A stretch of DNA of 64,000 nucleotides, from positions 156,941-220,940 of the forward strand of contig CAZRDX010000007.1 in NCBI GenBank assembly GCA_964599235.1, given 5' to 3'. This DNA is from an uncultured Rikenellaceae bacterium. GTDB taxonomy: Bacteria; Bacteroidota; Bacteroidia; Bacteroidales; VadinHA17. Below are positions 49,271 through 59,619 of the stretch, in pieces. The notes below the pieces were generated by a model. That model saw nothing but the letters and a program-made list of their open reading frames with translations, was not told the DNA's origin and searched no databases. Each line of letters begins with the position of its first letter. Position 1 is the first letter of the stretch. The position numbers and the translations under genes are program-made.

Positions 49271-52200
49271 TCAGTCTTGCTGCAGTTTGCTGGCCGTTCT
49301 GCCGGTGATCTTCTCCTTGAACGTGTCGAGGATGTCGTAGATGCAGGGGATCACCACAAGGGTCAGGAGGGTGGAGGTGATGAGGCCGCCGATGACGGCC
49401 AGGGCCATGGAGGAGCGCAGGGCCACGTTCTCTCCGAAACCGATGATCAGTGGCAGCAGGGCCAGGACGGTGGTGATGCTGGTCATCAGGATGGGGCGTA
49501 TGCGTTGCCGGCCGGCCTCGATGATGGCCTCGTGGCGTGGTTTGCCCTCGCGTCGCAGCTGGTTGATGCGGTCGACCAGGATGATCGAGTCGTTCACCGC
49601 GATACCTGCCAGCAGGATCACGCCGATGAGAGCCATGATGTCGAGCGGTCTTCCCAGGATCCAGAAGAGCAGCACCGTCCCCACACCTGCCAGGGGGATG
49701 GTGAGCAGGATGGTGAAGGGATGCACCAGCGACTCGAACTGTGAGGCCAGCACCATGTAAACCAGAAGGATGGAGAGGAGCAGGGCGAAGCGCAGGTTTT
49801 CCATCGAAGCCTTCCGGCGGGCCTCTTCACCTGCCACACGGATACGGTATTCGCGGGGCAAGGTGATACCTGCCAGGACGGCCTCCACCTTTGCGGCCGT
49901 CTTGTCGAGGGCCTCCCCGTCCTCCGTCCGGGCGGTGATGCGTACGAGGCGGCTCTGGTTGCGGCGGAGGATCTCGCGCGGCAGGGTGGTCTGACGTATC
50001 TCCGCAACCTCACCCAGGGTGACGGTGGTATTGCCTTTCCTGATGGCAAGGTCGGCCAGGGCACGCCGGTCCATGGGAGGCAGCTTCACCACGACGGGCT
50101 CCATCCCGCCCCCCAGATCCACCGTGCCACTCTCCCGTCCTGAGAGTTTGTTGCGCAAGGTGGTGGCAACCGTAGCCACATCCAGATCGTATAGGCCGGC
50201 ACGCAGACGGTCGATCACCACCTCCAGGCCGGGGGCCCCCTCTTCCAGAGAGGTGCGGATGTTGAAGATACCTTCGACGGTCCCCATCCGTGACGCCACT
50301 TCCCGGGCAAGATGTTCCAGCACCGTGGGGTCCTCTCCCTGCACCTCCACCACCAGGGGGGCTTCGCCGGTACCCAGGATGGTACGCAAGGCTGTCTCGT
50401 CCCGCACGACCTCCAGTTTCATGCCTTCCACACCTCCGGCCACGCTGCTCAGGGCCCTGACCACTGCCACCGTACTCTCCGGGCGTTCTTTTTTCAGGAT
50501 GATCCGGAGGGTACCGGTGTTCTCTCCCGTGAAGACGCTCTCCCGGTCTCCCCCGCCACTTCTTTCAGCGCCTGCGTGGGTGTACAACATCTCCACGTCG
50601 TCGCCCAGGACTTCCCGCACGACTTCTTCCAGGTTATGCAGCGTTTGTGAAGTATAGGGCAGGGTGGTGCCTTCGGGCAGTGAGACCTTCACGAGGAGCT
50701 CGCTGCCCGGGGCCTGTGGCATGAAAACCATGCCGAGGCGCGGCAGGAGAAAGAAGGCGGCCGCCACCAGGACCACGGCGGCGGCGGTCACCGGCCAGCG
50801 ACGCCGCAACAGCCGCGCCAGAAAAGCGGCATAGCCTCTGAACTTCACCGAATAATGGGCAGGCTTCACCGGCCTGTGACGGAAAAGACGGTAATAAAGC
50901 ATGGGGATCAGGAAGATGGCCACAAAAAGGGAGGAGAGCAGCGAGAAGGCGACGGTCCAGGCCTCGTCCCTGAAGAGCTCGCCGGAAGCACCGTGCATGT
51001 ATACGATGGGCAGGAAGACGACAATGGTGGTGAGCGTGGAGGCGGTAATGGCGCCTCCCACCTCTGCCGTGCCGGTGACCGCCGCCTCCCGCACCCCCAG
51101 GCCGGCCTCGCTGTTGCGGAAAATATTCTCCATCACCACGATGGCATTGTCCACCAACATGCCGGCACCCAGCGCCAGTCCCCCCAGGGTCATGATGTTG
51201 AGCGTCAGACCACCGAAGTACATCAGGTTGAAGGTGGCAATGATCGAGACCGGGATGGCGAGGCTGATGATCAGCGTCACTCCCATACGTCGCAGAAAGA
51301 GGAAGAGCACCAGCACGGCCAGGAGGATACCCAGCAGGGCGGTATCCTTCACCTCACCCACGGCCGCGCTGATATAGGCTCCCTGGTCGTTCACGCGGAG
51401 CAGGTGGTAGCCGGTGAGGGTGGCTTCCATCTCCCGGAGGCGTTCGTTGACCTGTTCCACCGCTTTGACGGTATTGTAACGGGTCTCTTTGTAGAGGGAG
51501 AGGCCCAGGCAACGCCGGCCGTTAAGACGCACGATGCTTTCCGGAGCTTTGTTGTGGTAGGTGATGTCGGCCACCTCGTCCAGATAGACGGGCACCTTCG
51601 TCGCGCCGGTCGCGGAGGGCTGCCCTGTCTGGGGCACAGCTGCGGCGCTTTTGTATCCGACGATGATGTTGCGGAAGTCGTCGAGGCTGCGCAGCAGGCT
51701 CACCCCCTTGACGAGGTACTGCCGTCCCATCTCGGTGACGCTGCCACCGGAGACCGTGCGGTTGAAGCTCTGGATACGCTGTCCCACCCCGTCGAGTGTG
51801 AGGCCGTACGAGCGCAGACGGTACTCGTCGGTGGAGATCAGCACTTCGCCCTCCTCCTCTCCGGCGATCTCCACTGCGGCAATGCCTTCGAGACGTACCA
51901 GCTCATTGCGGAGGTAGCTCTCCGCCACCATCCGCAGACGGTTCATATCGGTGATGTTGTCGTGATAAAAGGCCAGCTGCATCACCGGCGCGCTGTTGGG
52001 ATCATGACGGGTGACGTTCAGCTCAGCGATATCACGGTCCTGTGCTATCGTGCCCAGCGCTTTCTGCAGATCCAGGAAGGCCTCGTCCATGTCTTTGTTC
52101 CAGGCATATTCCACCGTGATGCGCGCCCGGCCCGTACGACACTCGGAAAAAACCTGCACCACCCCGCGCTGCCGGATTGCCAGCGACTCGATGTTTTTCA

Positions 52201-52393
52201 CGAAACGCTTCTCCATCTCCTCCGGAGGACGCTCCCCCGCCCGTATCTCCACATAGAGACGCGGGTTGTTCAGGTCGGGGAAAAGATCGACACCCAGACG
52301 GTCGTAAGAGATCCACCCCAGCAGCACCACCGCCAGGGTGACCATCAGCACTGTGACAGGATGATCGACCGCGAACTGTACCAGTTTCTTCAT
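49271..52393 (-). CDS. RND efflux permease (AcrB/MdtC-like)
   Basis: LGVDLFPDLN, GMLVDNAIVVMENI, GIAVNDSIILVD, RIRPILMTSITT; 1040 aa. Confidence 0.95.
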   Translation of the reverse strand: MKKLVQFAVDHPVTVLMVTLAVVLLGWISYDRLGVDLFPDLNNPRLYVEIRAGERPPEEMEKRFVKNIESLAIRQRGVVQVFSECRTGRARITVEYAWNKDMDEAFLDLQKALGTIAQDRDIAELNVTRHDPNSAPVMQLAFYHDNITDMNRLRMVAESYLRNELVRLEGIAAVEIAGEEEGEVLISTDEYRLRSYGLTLDGVGQRIQSFNRTVSGGSVTEMGRQYLVKGVSLLRSLDDFRNIIVGYKSAAAVPQTGQPSATGATKVPVYLDEVADITYHNKAPESIVRLNGRRCLGLSLYKETRYNTVKAVEQVNERLREMEATLTGYHLLRVNDQGAYISAAVGEVKDTALLGILLAVLVLFLFLRRMGVTLIISLAIPVSIIATFNLMYFGGLTLNIMTLGGLALGAGMLVDNAIVVMENIFRNSEAGLGVREAAVTGTAEVGGAITASTLTTIVVFLPIVYMHGASGELFRDEAWTVAFSLLSSLFVAIFLIPMLYYRLFRHRPVKPAHYSVKFRGYAAFLARLLRRRWPVTAAAVVLVAAAFFLLPRLGMVFMPQAPGSELLVKVSLPEGTTLPYTSQTLHNLEEVVREVLGDDVEMLYTHAGAERSGGGDRESVFTGENTGTLRIILKKERPESTVAVVRALSSVAGGVEGMKLEVVRDETALRTILGTGEAPLVVEVQGEDPTVLEHLAREVASRMGTVEGIFNIRTSLEEGAPGLEVVIDRLRAGLYDLDVATVATTLRNKLSGRESGTVDLGGGMEPVVVKLPPMDRRALADLAIRKGNTTVTLGEVAEIRQTTLPREILRRNQSRLVRITARTEDGEALDKTAAKVEAVLAGITLPREYRIRVAGEEARRKASMENLRFALLLSILLVYMVLASQFESLVHPFTILLTIPLAGVGTVLLFWILGRPLDIMALIGVILLAGIAVNDSIILVDRINQLRREGKPRHEAIIEAGRQRIRPILMTSITTVLALLPLIIGFGENVALRSSMALAVIGGLITSTLLTLVVIPCIYDILDTFKEKITGRTASKLQQD

Positions 52394-52534
52394 GACAAAT
52401 GATCAAAAAATGGTGTATGGTCTGAAATTTCCATGGACTATTTCCTCATCGTTTCCCGTTCATGTGAGTCTTCCGGTGATCGTCCCTTGCGGGACCTTTT
52501 CCGTAGGCTTTTTCATGTCCGGCCGTCTCCTGCA

Positions 52535-53593
52535 TCACTGGATCACTTTCACTTTCGACTCATTGCGCAGGGTCTCGAAGCCTTTGATTACCAGGCTCAT
52601 GTTCTTCTCAAGGCCGTCCACCACCTCCACTTCCCCGGCGTTCTCAATGCCGGTGACGATCTTGCGTTCGCGGGCCAGGCCGTTCCGGACGATGAACACT
52701 CTTTTTCTTCCGTCCCTTTCCAGGATGTATTTCTTGGGGATGACGATGACACTGTCCTTGCGCCGGAGGATGATGTCCGTCTTCACGAACATGCCGGGGC
52801 GGAAGATCCTGTCGGGATTGTCGACCGTCATCACCACCTTGAAGGTACGGGTTTCGGTGCTGAGTGCCGGCGAGATCTCGCTGATGCGGCCGTAGAGGGT
52901 ATCTTCCCGGATCACATAGCTGACGATCCGCACCTGCTGACCCGTTTTCACTTGGGGAAGGTATTTCTCCGGCAGTTGCACCTCCGCATACATTTTCCGG
53001 TAATCCATCAGGCGGAACATCTCCTGTCCCGCCGGCAGCCGGACGCCGTCGGTATGGTGCGGCAGGTCGACAAGGTAACCGGTGAAAGGGGCCCGAACCT
53101 TCATCTTTTCCAGCTTGAGGAGGGTATTGCGGTACTCATTCTCGGCATTGATCCAGGCGATCTCCGCATTGCGCAGCTCGCGGAGGGTCACTCCTCCTTT
53201 TTCATAGAGTGATCTCTGTTTGTCGTACTCCTGTCTGGAGATCTCCATGTTCAGTTTCCTGGACCGCAGGTTGAGGTTGTATTCATATTCCTTGTCCTCC
53301 ATCACCACGATCACTGCATCTTTTTCCACCCTGTCCCCCATGCGATAGGGGCGGCCGGTGACAGGGTTGTTCTGCAGACGGTACCTGCCGGCCACCTCGT
53401 TCTTCACCACCGCCTCCCTGACCGGCATAAGGGTACCGCTGGTGGTGATAAGAGCCTCGATGCTTCCGGTGCCCACCTTCATCACCGTGACGGGCAGCGC
53501 TACCTCCTTCTCGTATCCGGGCTCCCATGTCCGGCACATAGTGAGCGAAAGCGAGATGCCGAGAAAAAAGGTCCATTGGATCATTTTCTTCAT
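52535..53593 (-). CDS. RND periplasmic adaptor (membrane fusion protein)
   Basis: Lipoyl halves, coiled hairpin, KVRAPFTG, TRTFKV, FRPGM, VEVVDGL. Alternative start at 53626. Confidence 0.92.
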   Translation of the reverse strand: MKKMIQWTFFLGISLSLTMCRTWEPGYEKEVALPVTVMKVGTGSIEALITTSGTLMPVREAVVKNEVAGRYRLQNNPVTGRPYRMGDRVEKDAVIVVMEDKEYEYNLNLRSRKLNMEISRQEYDKQRSLYEKGGVTLRELRNAEIAWINAENEYRNTLLKLEKMKVRAPFTGYLVDLPHHTDGVRLPAGQEMFRLMDYRKMYAEVQLPEKYLPQVKTGQQVRIVSYVIREDTLYGRISEISPALSTETRTFKVVMTVDNPDRIFRPGMFVKTDIILRRKDSVIVIPKKYILERDGRKRVFIVRNGLARERKIVTGIENAGEVEVVDGLEKNMSLVIKGFETLRNESKVKVIQ

Positions 53594-53632
53594 GGCTGAT
53601 GTTGTTTGGATGATCATTTTGTTCAATTTTTT

Positions 53633-55180
53633 TTATTGTTCTCCGGCCTCCGGAGTCCGGAGGAAAAGATTGGCTGGCACCAGGGGTTGTTGGTGCTCAA
53701 AGTCGTAAAGGGTCTGTATTTTCAGATTGAGCAGCTCCAGCTTGTAGTTGATGAGCGCCTGGGCATAGGCCATCTTTTTCTGGGACAGCTGGTTCTGGTA
53801 AAGGTTCAGGTCCATGCTCGTCAGGTCGCCGTTGCGGTAGCGTTCGAGGTTGATCTCATAAGTGAGCTCTGCATTCCTGACATTCTGTTTGGCTATGGAG
53901 ATCTGGTTGAGCTGGTTCCTGAGGTTCCTGTACACTTTTCTGATGTCGATGATGATCTGTTTCTTCTCCTCGTCGAGGTTGAGCTGCTGGCTTTCGATAA
54001 CGGCCTCCTGGGCGCGTATGCGTGCTTTCTTCTCTCCCCAGTCGAAGAGGGGGATGCGGAAAGAGAGGGCGACGCTGGGGTTGTTGGTGGGTTTGTCGTA
54101 GATCTGTCCCAGGGCCGGGTCGTCCCCCATGATGCCGATGGCGAGCCCCAGATCCCCCCGGAACTCGTTCATGGCCCGTGTACGTATCAGCTGGAACTGC
54201 GAGCTCTCGATGTCGATCTCCCGCTGGCGCAGCTCCATGCGCGAACTGAGACCGTACTGCACGGCTTTTTCGAGATCGACTTCCACCTGGGGTACGGAAA
54301 TATCGGCCAGGATGACGATCGAATCATGCAGGTCCATGCCGAGAAAACGCTTGAACTCATCCTTGGCGTTCTCCAGGTCCACCTTCTTGTTCTCCACCGC
54401 CGAGCGGGCCGTGGCCAGGTTCAGCTCAGCCTGGTAAAGCTCTTCTTTGGCCGACAATCCGGCCTCCACCTTGCGTTTGATGATCTCGTAGCTGCGTTGG
54501 GTATTGTCCAGCTCGGCACGGGCAATGTCAAGGCTCATCTGATAGAGATAGACATTGTAAAAAAAGCGTGTGACGTTCTTTTCCAGGTTCAGCTTCTGCA
54601 AGGCATAGCTGATGTTGGCATTCTCGTAGTTGAGCTCCAGCTCCCGCAGGTCGAGCTTCATCCGGTTGTAGGTGAAAAGGGGCTGGTTGTAGCTCAGGTA
54701 GAGACGGTTCGTAAAGCTCTCGTTCTGCTCGACGTCCCCCGTGAAATCCGACATGTTCTTCTGCCAACCGAAACGGTTGATCAGCGAGACGGTACCGTCG
54801 GTCCATTTGATGGGCTGATCGATACGGAAAGTACCGTATGACTGGAAGTTCCTGTTGGTGAACCACTTGTTGAAACGGTTGTCGAACATCCTGCTCTGAT
54901 CGAAGGTGACGGGGTTAAGGTCCATCGAGAACTTCGACCTGAGCGAGGCCCGCTGGGCGTTGAGCGATTCCCGGTAACGGGAGAGGTTGAGCAACGACCG
55001 CCGGATGTCGGGACTGTTGCGGCCCGCGATGGCGATCGACTTGTCCAGAGTGAGAGCCACCTGGGCACCGCTCTCCCGGAGCAGCATCGGAAACGACAAC
55101 AGGACCAGTGCGAGAAGGCACCTTTTCCACGAGGCGATCGGTTTCATGACGACATTTCTTTTCATGCTGTTCTTTTTCAT
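53633..55180 (-). CDS. TolC family outer-membrane factor
   Basis: LTLDKSIAIA, YNQPLF, RIPLFDWG, ERYRNG.LTS.DL; helical OEP repeats. Start uncertain (55180/55165/55147). Confidence 0.9.
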   Translation of the reverse strand: MKKNSMKRNVVMKPIASWKRCLLALVLLSFPMLLRESGAQVALTLDKSIAIAGRNSPDIRRSLLNLSRYRESLNAQRASLRSKFSMDLNPVTFDQSRMFDNRFNKWFTNRNFQSYGTFRIDQPIKWTDGTVSLINRFGWQKNMSDFTGDVEQNESFTNRLYLSYNQPLFTYNRMKLDLRELELNYENANISYALQKLNLEKNVTRFFYNVYLYQMSLDIARAELDNTQRSYEIIKRKVEAGLSAKEELYQAELNLATARSAVENKKVDLENAKDEFKRFLGMDLHDSIVILADISVPQVEVDLEKAVQYGLSSRMELRQREIDIESSQFQLIRTRAMNEFRGDLGLAIGIMGDDPALGQIYDKPTNNPSVALSFRIPLFDWGEKKARIRAQEAVIESQQLNLDEEKKQIIIDIRKVYRNLRNQLNQISIAKQNVRNAELTYEINLERYRNGDLTSMDLNLYQNQLSQKKMAYAQALINYKLELLNLKIQTLYDFEHQQPLVPANLFLRTPEAGEQ

Positions 55181-55225
55181 TCGTTGGTCATTCTTTTTCC
55201 CGCCCTTATCCGCCGGCGCGCAGGA

Positions 55226-58200
55226 TCATTCTTTCATCAGTTTCACGGCATCGGCCACCACGATCCAGTAACCGGTCTTGTCGGAGAGTTCGATGACAGC
55301 GGTATCAGCAGGAAAGTAATAGAATCCCAGGCTGTTCCATCCGGGACTGCTGCCTCTGAGCACCAGCGAGGTCTCATCGACCACATCGCCGTGACGGATG
55401 CGGAACTCATACCTGTTGTCCCCCCGTCTGTTGTTCCAGCGGAATTTTCTGTAGTCGAGGTAATAGTAGACGGTGTAATACCCTGCTTCCGGCACGGGGA
55501 CTTTCCAGGTGGCCTTTTTCTTCCCCTCACCGGCGCGGACGAACCAGGCCGAACGTACGAACCTGCCGTAGAAAGCATTGCTGGTGGTCAGGGTCCAGTT
55601 GATCGGCCGCCACCATGAAAACCCGGAATATTTTTTCCCCTGTTGTTTGGACTTCACCAGCAGTCTGTAGAAAAGGCCTTCGTTGCCGGGTTCCGTGAGA
55701 GAAAAACCCGGATCCTCGTTATCCACCAGGAGGGTTCCCTCGGGTATGTAACGGAACTGATCCGCCGGGAAGGTCACGCTTCCCCTCTCGGGGGGGTACG
55801 TCAGCACGGTATGATCCACAACAGGATCCTCGTAAAGGATCATGGGGATGTTGCGGGAGACCATGGTGACATAGGTCACTCCGCCTCTGGTCCCGTCCAC
55901 CAGATAACGGATCCTGCGGGCCTGGCGGGCACCGAACCATACCACATGCTCGACGGGCGGATCGAGGCCCTCGAAGAGGATCCTCACCGCGCCGCTCCCC
56001 TCCCCTTTGTTGGCGATGGTGACCGAAAAAAGCCACCGTACATACCCCTCCTCCGTCACCCTGGTAAAACGGGCCTGAGAAAAAAGATAGGCAGGGAGGC
56101 TTTTGCCGGAATACCAGTTCTCCAGGTATTTCCCCAACGGATAGCCGGACAGCTGTTCCAGGTCTTCCAGCAAAGTATCGAAGGGGACCTTCGAGAACCA
56201 TCTTTGTTCCAGCCACCGGTGCAGGAAAGTATCCAACACTTCCTCCTCTTCCAGGTGGGCTTTCACTGCCAAGAAGAACATCTCTCCCTTCAGGCGTATG
56301 ACATTGTCCAGGATATCTTGTCCGGAGGGGGTGGTCAACAGTTCGCGGAAGCTTTTGTTCTGCAGTGCCATGTTGGCTCGTTCATCCTCACTCAGACCCG
56401 TATAGCGCCGTACCCAGTCGTTGCCTGTACCCACCCACGGCACTTTCAGGTAAGCTTCCATCACCCGGTTCATCACCGGCCAGCTGGAGGAGCTGAGGAA
56501 AAAACGGTGGTCGAAATATTCCGGGAATATGTTCAGCTCATTGGGGCGGGAGTTCAGCGCCCCTGCTCCCCCCGCCACCCTGCGCAGATTGTACTGAACG
56601 GTCTCCGTCAGGAACAGGTAAAAGAAACTGTTGAGAACGGTACCCATCATCTCCTTTTCCGTTCTTTTCTCCCGCGACCATCTGGACCATCTTTTCAGAT
56701 TCTCGAAATACCCCGAGAAGTTGGCCTGATAATGGGCTGCTCCTTTTTCCTCCATGAAGACGATGGCGGGCTGTACATTCTCCATGGCACCCATCCAAAG
56801 ATGCTGGTAGGAATGGAACTGGATGGGCACCTCCACCAGCGAGAAAGTGCGAAAAGGATAGTGCAGTCCCAGCTTGTTCTCGTATTCCTGCATCCTTTCC
56901 CGCAGGATCTTACGGATGGTATCATTGTCCAGCCTGGGCAGGGAACCCACAAAATAATCATGCCCCCGGAGGGTAAAGACCCTGAAGAGGATGCTGTCGG
57001 AGGGTGTAGGCAGGCTGTCGACGGTGAGACGGTGCTCCACATAATCCCCGATGGCCAGTGAGATCTGCGGCAGCAGGGTGTCACAAATGAAAGTGATGCC
57101 GTCCCCTTCGCGGCGGGCCGTACCCTGGCTGATGACACGGCTGCTGTCGATCCCCTCCACATGGAGACGGAAACGGATGAAGTCTTTTCTGAACCACCCC
57201 GGATGACGGGGACTATAAGTGGTGCCGGTCACGGGATACCAGAGTGTCTCAGGAGTCAGCAACACATAATCCGGCGTGACAAAGGCAAAGGAGGATGCCA
57301 CTTTCACCCCTCCCAGGAGATGGGGCATGCGGAAAGTGTCGATGTCGGGATAGCAGATACGGTCATCGATGGTCCCCGCATAGCGAAGATCCAGCGAGAG
57401 GGTATCCCCCGGCCGGAGCGGATGAGGTGGGGTCACCAGCAACAGGTGCAGCCGGCGTTGCCAGGCGACCTTCTTCCCGCCGGCCGCGAGAGAAGAGACA
57501 TGCAGACCGGGGTTGAGGCTCAGCACCACCCTGTCGACGACCGTGTCGTTGTCATTGACCAGCAACATATGGGATGTGAGAGCAAGATGGCGACCCTGAT
57601 GACGGAGCCCGATACGGTGTTCCTTCACCGACAGTGCAGGCCGTCTTGCATAGGCATCATTGAGTCCGAGCAGGCGGGCACGCAGCTCTCTCTCCTCCTG
57701 ACGCAGATAGAGATGCTGCCAGGCAGCCCCACCTGCAGCCGCCAGAAAGAAAAAAGCCAGCCCCAGTGAGACCACCCGCTCCCACCCCGCAGCGGGAAGA
57801 CGCCGCAACAGAAAGACCGTCAAAAAAACAAAGGAGACCCCAAGAAAAGAATAGAAAAGACGCTGGAAAAGAAAATCTTCCCAACGGTCAAAACCGGTGA
57901 TGCCGGACTTCAGCATCGGCATTTCCCATCCGGAAAAGTCGAAAAGGCCACCGGCACGCCCCTTCAGGTAAAATAGCACCAGGGCCAGGTATCCCAGCAC
58001 GAGAAGGAAAGTGACCGCCTGGTTGCGCAACAGGGTCATCAGCAGAAAGGCAAGACCCACGATGAAAAGCAACGTGGGCAGGACCAGGAACAGGAGGTAC
58101 TCAAAATAGGCAGCCACATCGAGCGAGGCCTGCCCGGAGATGATGTTGAAGACCGTCACCACAGCCATCAGCAGGAGGTCGGTCACGAGGAAAACCAGCA

Positions 58201-58546
58201 GGTTGGCCCAGGCCTTGCCCAGCACATATTCATGATTGCTCACGGGTCGGGTGTAGACCACCTCGGCCGTGTCCAGGTTCCGGTCACGCCTGAGGAAATC
58301 GGCGGCGAGGAAGACGGCCACCACCGACTGGGCCAGGTTAATGTACAGGAGATTGCGATAGGGGATCGAAGCAGGAAGGGCCACCCATTCCCAGGAAGGG
58401 GATTCCTGGACTCCCGTGACGAGAAAAAGATTGACGAAAAAAAGGAGGATCAGCCCCAGGAAAAGGAAGACCCGCAGGAACCAGCTGCGCTGCAGGGTGG
58501 TCCTCTCATAGCGGGCAATGGTACCGATGGCAGAGAAAGAGATCAT
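55226..58546 (-). CDS. ABC-2 permease fused to an M1 aminopeptidase-like domain (GAMEN present, no HExxH) and a Golvesin/xanthan-lyase-C-like beta-sandwich
   Basis: RDRNLDTAEVVYTRPVS...GK; TM bundle; LNPGL, L.PGD...Y.G, WYP, YPF...LVEVP...GAMEN; C-terminal VDNED.GF...ATW...EAGYY.VY...GWNSLG.Y...ADAVK. Confidence 0.8.
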   Translation of the reverse strand: MISFSAIGTIARYERTTLQRSWFLRVFLFLGLILLFFVNLFLVTGVQESPSWEWVALPASIPYRNLLYINLAQSVVAVFLAADFLRRDRNLDTAEVVYTRPVSNHEYVLGKAWANLLVFLVTDLLLMAVVTVFNIISGQASLDVAAYFEYLLFLVLPTLLFIVGLAFLLMTLLRNQAVTFLLVLGYLALVLFYLKGRAGGLFDFSGWEMPMLKSGITGFDRWEDFLFQRLFYSFLGVSFVFLTVFLLRRLPAAGWERVVSLGLAFFFLAAAGGAAWQHLYLRQEERELRARLLGLNDAYARRPALSVKEHRIGLRHQGRHLALTSHMLLVNDNDTVVDRVVLSLNPGLHVSSLAAGGKKVAWQRRLHLLLVTPPHPLRPGDTLSLDLRYAGTIDDRICYPDIDTFRMPHLLGGVKVASSFAFVTPDYVLLTPETLWYPVTGTTYSPRHPGWFRKDFIRFRLHVEGIDSSRVISQGTARREGDGITFICDTLLPQISLAIGDYVEHRLTVDSLPTPSDSILFRVFTLRGHDYFVGSLPRLDNDTIRKILRERMQEYENKLGLHYPFRTFSLVEVPIQFHSYQHLWMGAMENVQPAIVFMEEKGAAHYQANFSGYFENLKRWSRWSREKRTEKEMMGTVLNSFFYLFLTETVQYNLRRVAGGAGALNSRPNELNIFPEYFDHRFFLSSSSWPVMNRVMEAYLKVPWVGTGNDWVRRYTGLSEDERANMALQNKSFRELLTTPSGQDILDNVIRLKGEMFFLAVKAHLEEEEVLDTFLHRWLEQRWFSKVPFDTLLEDLEQLSGYPLGKYLENWYSGKSLPAYLFSQARFTRVTEEGYVRWLFSVTIANKGEGSGAVRILFEGLDPPVEHVVWFGARQARRIRYLVDGTRGGVTYVTMVSRNIPMILYEDPVVDHTVLTYPPERGSVTFPADQFRYIPEGTLLVDNEDPGFSLTEPGNEGLFYRLLVKSKQQGKKYSGFSWWRPINWTLTTSNAFYGRFVRSAWFVRAGEGKKKATWKVPVPEAGYYTVYYYLDYRKFRWNNRRGDNRYEFRIRHGDVVDETSLVLRGSSPGWNSLGFYYFPADTAVIELSDKTGYWIVVADAVKLMKE

Positions 58547-59466
58547 CGGGAAGGGCTGAGGTTACGGAAAGCTTCATCCTCCACCTCTTCCCTCAGCACA
58601 TTCTCCATATAGTGGACGTAGGCATGTTCCAGGTTGGGTTCAACAGGTTCGGCATCATACCCTCCGGGATCATCCGCGACCACCTGCATGATCCACCCCT
58701 CACGTCCCGGCATGGTCGAGATGACGGAGAACCTTTCGTTCACCCGCACATATTCCTCATCGCCGGCCCTGATCTGCCACACATGCCCCCGGGCCATGTC
58801 GATGAGTTCGGAAGGAGTGCCGTGGAAGGCGATCCTTCCCCGGTGGAGGAGGGTCATCTGATTGCAGGTACTGGAGATATCCCCCACGATGTGTGTAGAG
58901 AGAATGACGATCACCTCACCGGCACCGATATCGGAAAGGAGGTTACGGAAACGGATACGTTCTTCGGGGTCGAGACCGGTGGTGGGCTCATCGACGATGA
59001 GCACGCGGGGCCGGTGGATGAGCGCCTGGGCGATCCCCAGTCGTCTTTTCATCCCGCCGGAGAGTTTCGTGGCCATTCTGTCCCGGGCCTCAAAAAGTCC
59101 AACCTCACGCAGGATACGGTCGATCTCCTCACCCCGCCGCCGGCCGTTACGCATCCCGCCCAGACGGGCCATGTAGTCCATGAACTCATATACGCGCAAA
59201 CGCGGAAAACGGCTGAACTCCTGGGGAAGATACCCCAGCAGCCGGCGTACCCTGCCCCGCTGCCGCTGCAGGTCAAGACCCGCTATCTTCACCTCACCCG
59301 CAGTGGGAAGCATCAGCGTCACCAGAATGCGCATCAGGGTCGACTTGCCGGCACCATTGGGCCCCAGCAGACCGAAAATACCCGTACCTATGTCCAGATC
59401 GATCTCTTCCAAGGCCACGTGACCGTTGGGATAGACCTTGCGAAGCGAACGAATGGTGATCTCCAC
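58543..59466 (-). CDS. ABC transporter ATP-binding protein (ABC-2/DrrA-like)
   Basis: GPNGAGKST, YLPQ, LSGGMKRR, LIVDEPT, STH. Probable GTG start at 59466 (ORF track gives 59520); ATGA overlap with the next gene. Confidence 0.93.
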   Translation of the reverse strand: MEITIRSLRKVYPNGHVALEEIDLDIGTGIFGLLGPNGAGKSTLMRILVTLMLPTAGEVKIAGLDLQRQRGRVRRLLGYLPQEFSRFPRLRVYEFMDYMARLGGMRNGRRRGEEIDRILREVGLFEARDRMATKLSGGMKRRLGIAQALIHRPRVLIVDEPTTGLDPEERIRFRNLLSDIGAGEVIVILSTHIVGDISSTCNQMTLLHRGRIAFHGTPSELIDMARGHVWQIRAGDEEYVRVNERFSVISTMPGREGWIMQVVADDPGGYDAEPVEPNLEHAYVHYMENVLREEVEDEAFRNLSPSR

Positions 59467-59619
59467 GATATTTTTGTAAATGACCGTTACATAAAAATAG
59501 CCATCCCACCGGTCAATCACCTGTCACATTTCCCTGTCTCTCCAAGGACCGGGGCCCTGTCTTCCCTGATATCATTCAGAAACTTTCCGTTCCTCCCTGT
59601 TTCATCCTTAACAACGTAT

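Noticed and set aside
52394-52534. 141-bp gap between MFP and RND inside the export operon (ORF 52433-53212 minus overlaps it)
   Set aside because: No terminator, promoter or credible peptide seen; the overlapping ORF is an off-frame shadow, not evidence of a frameshift.
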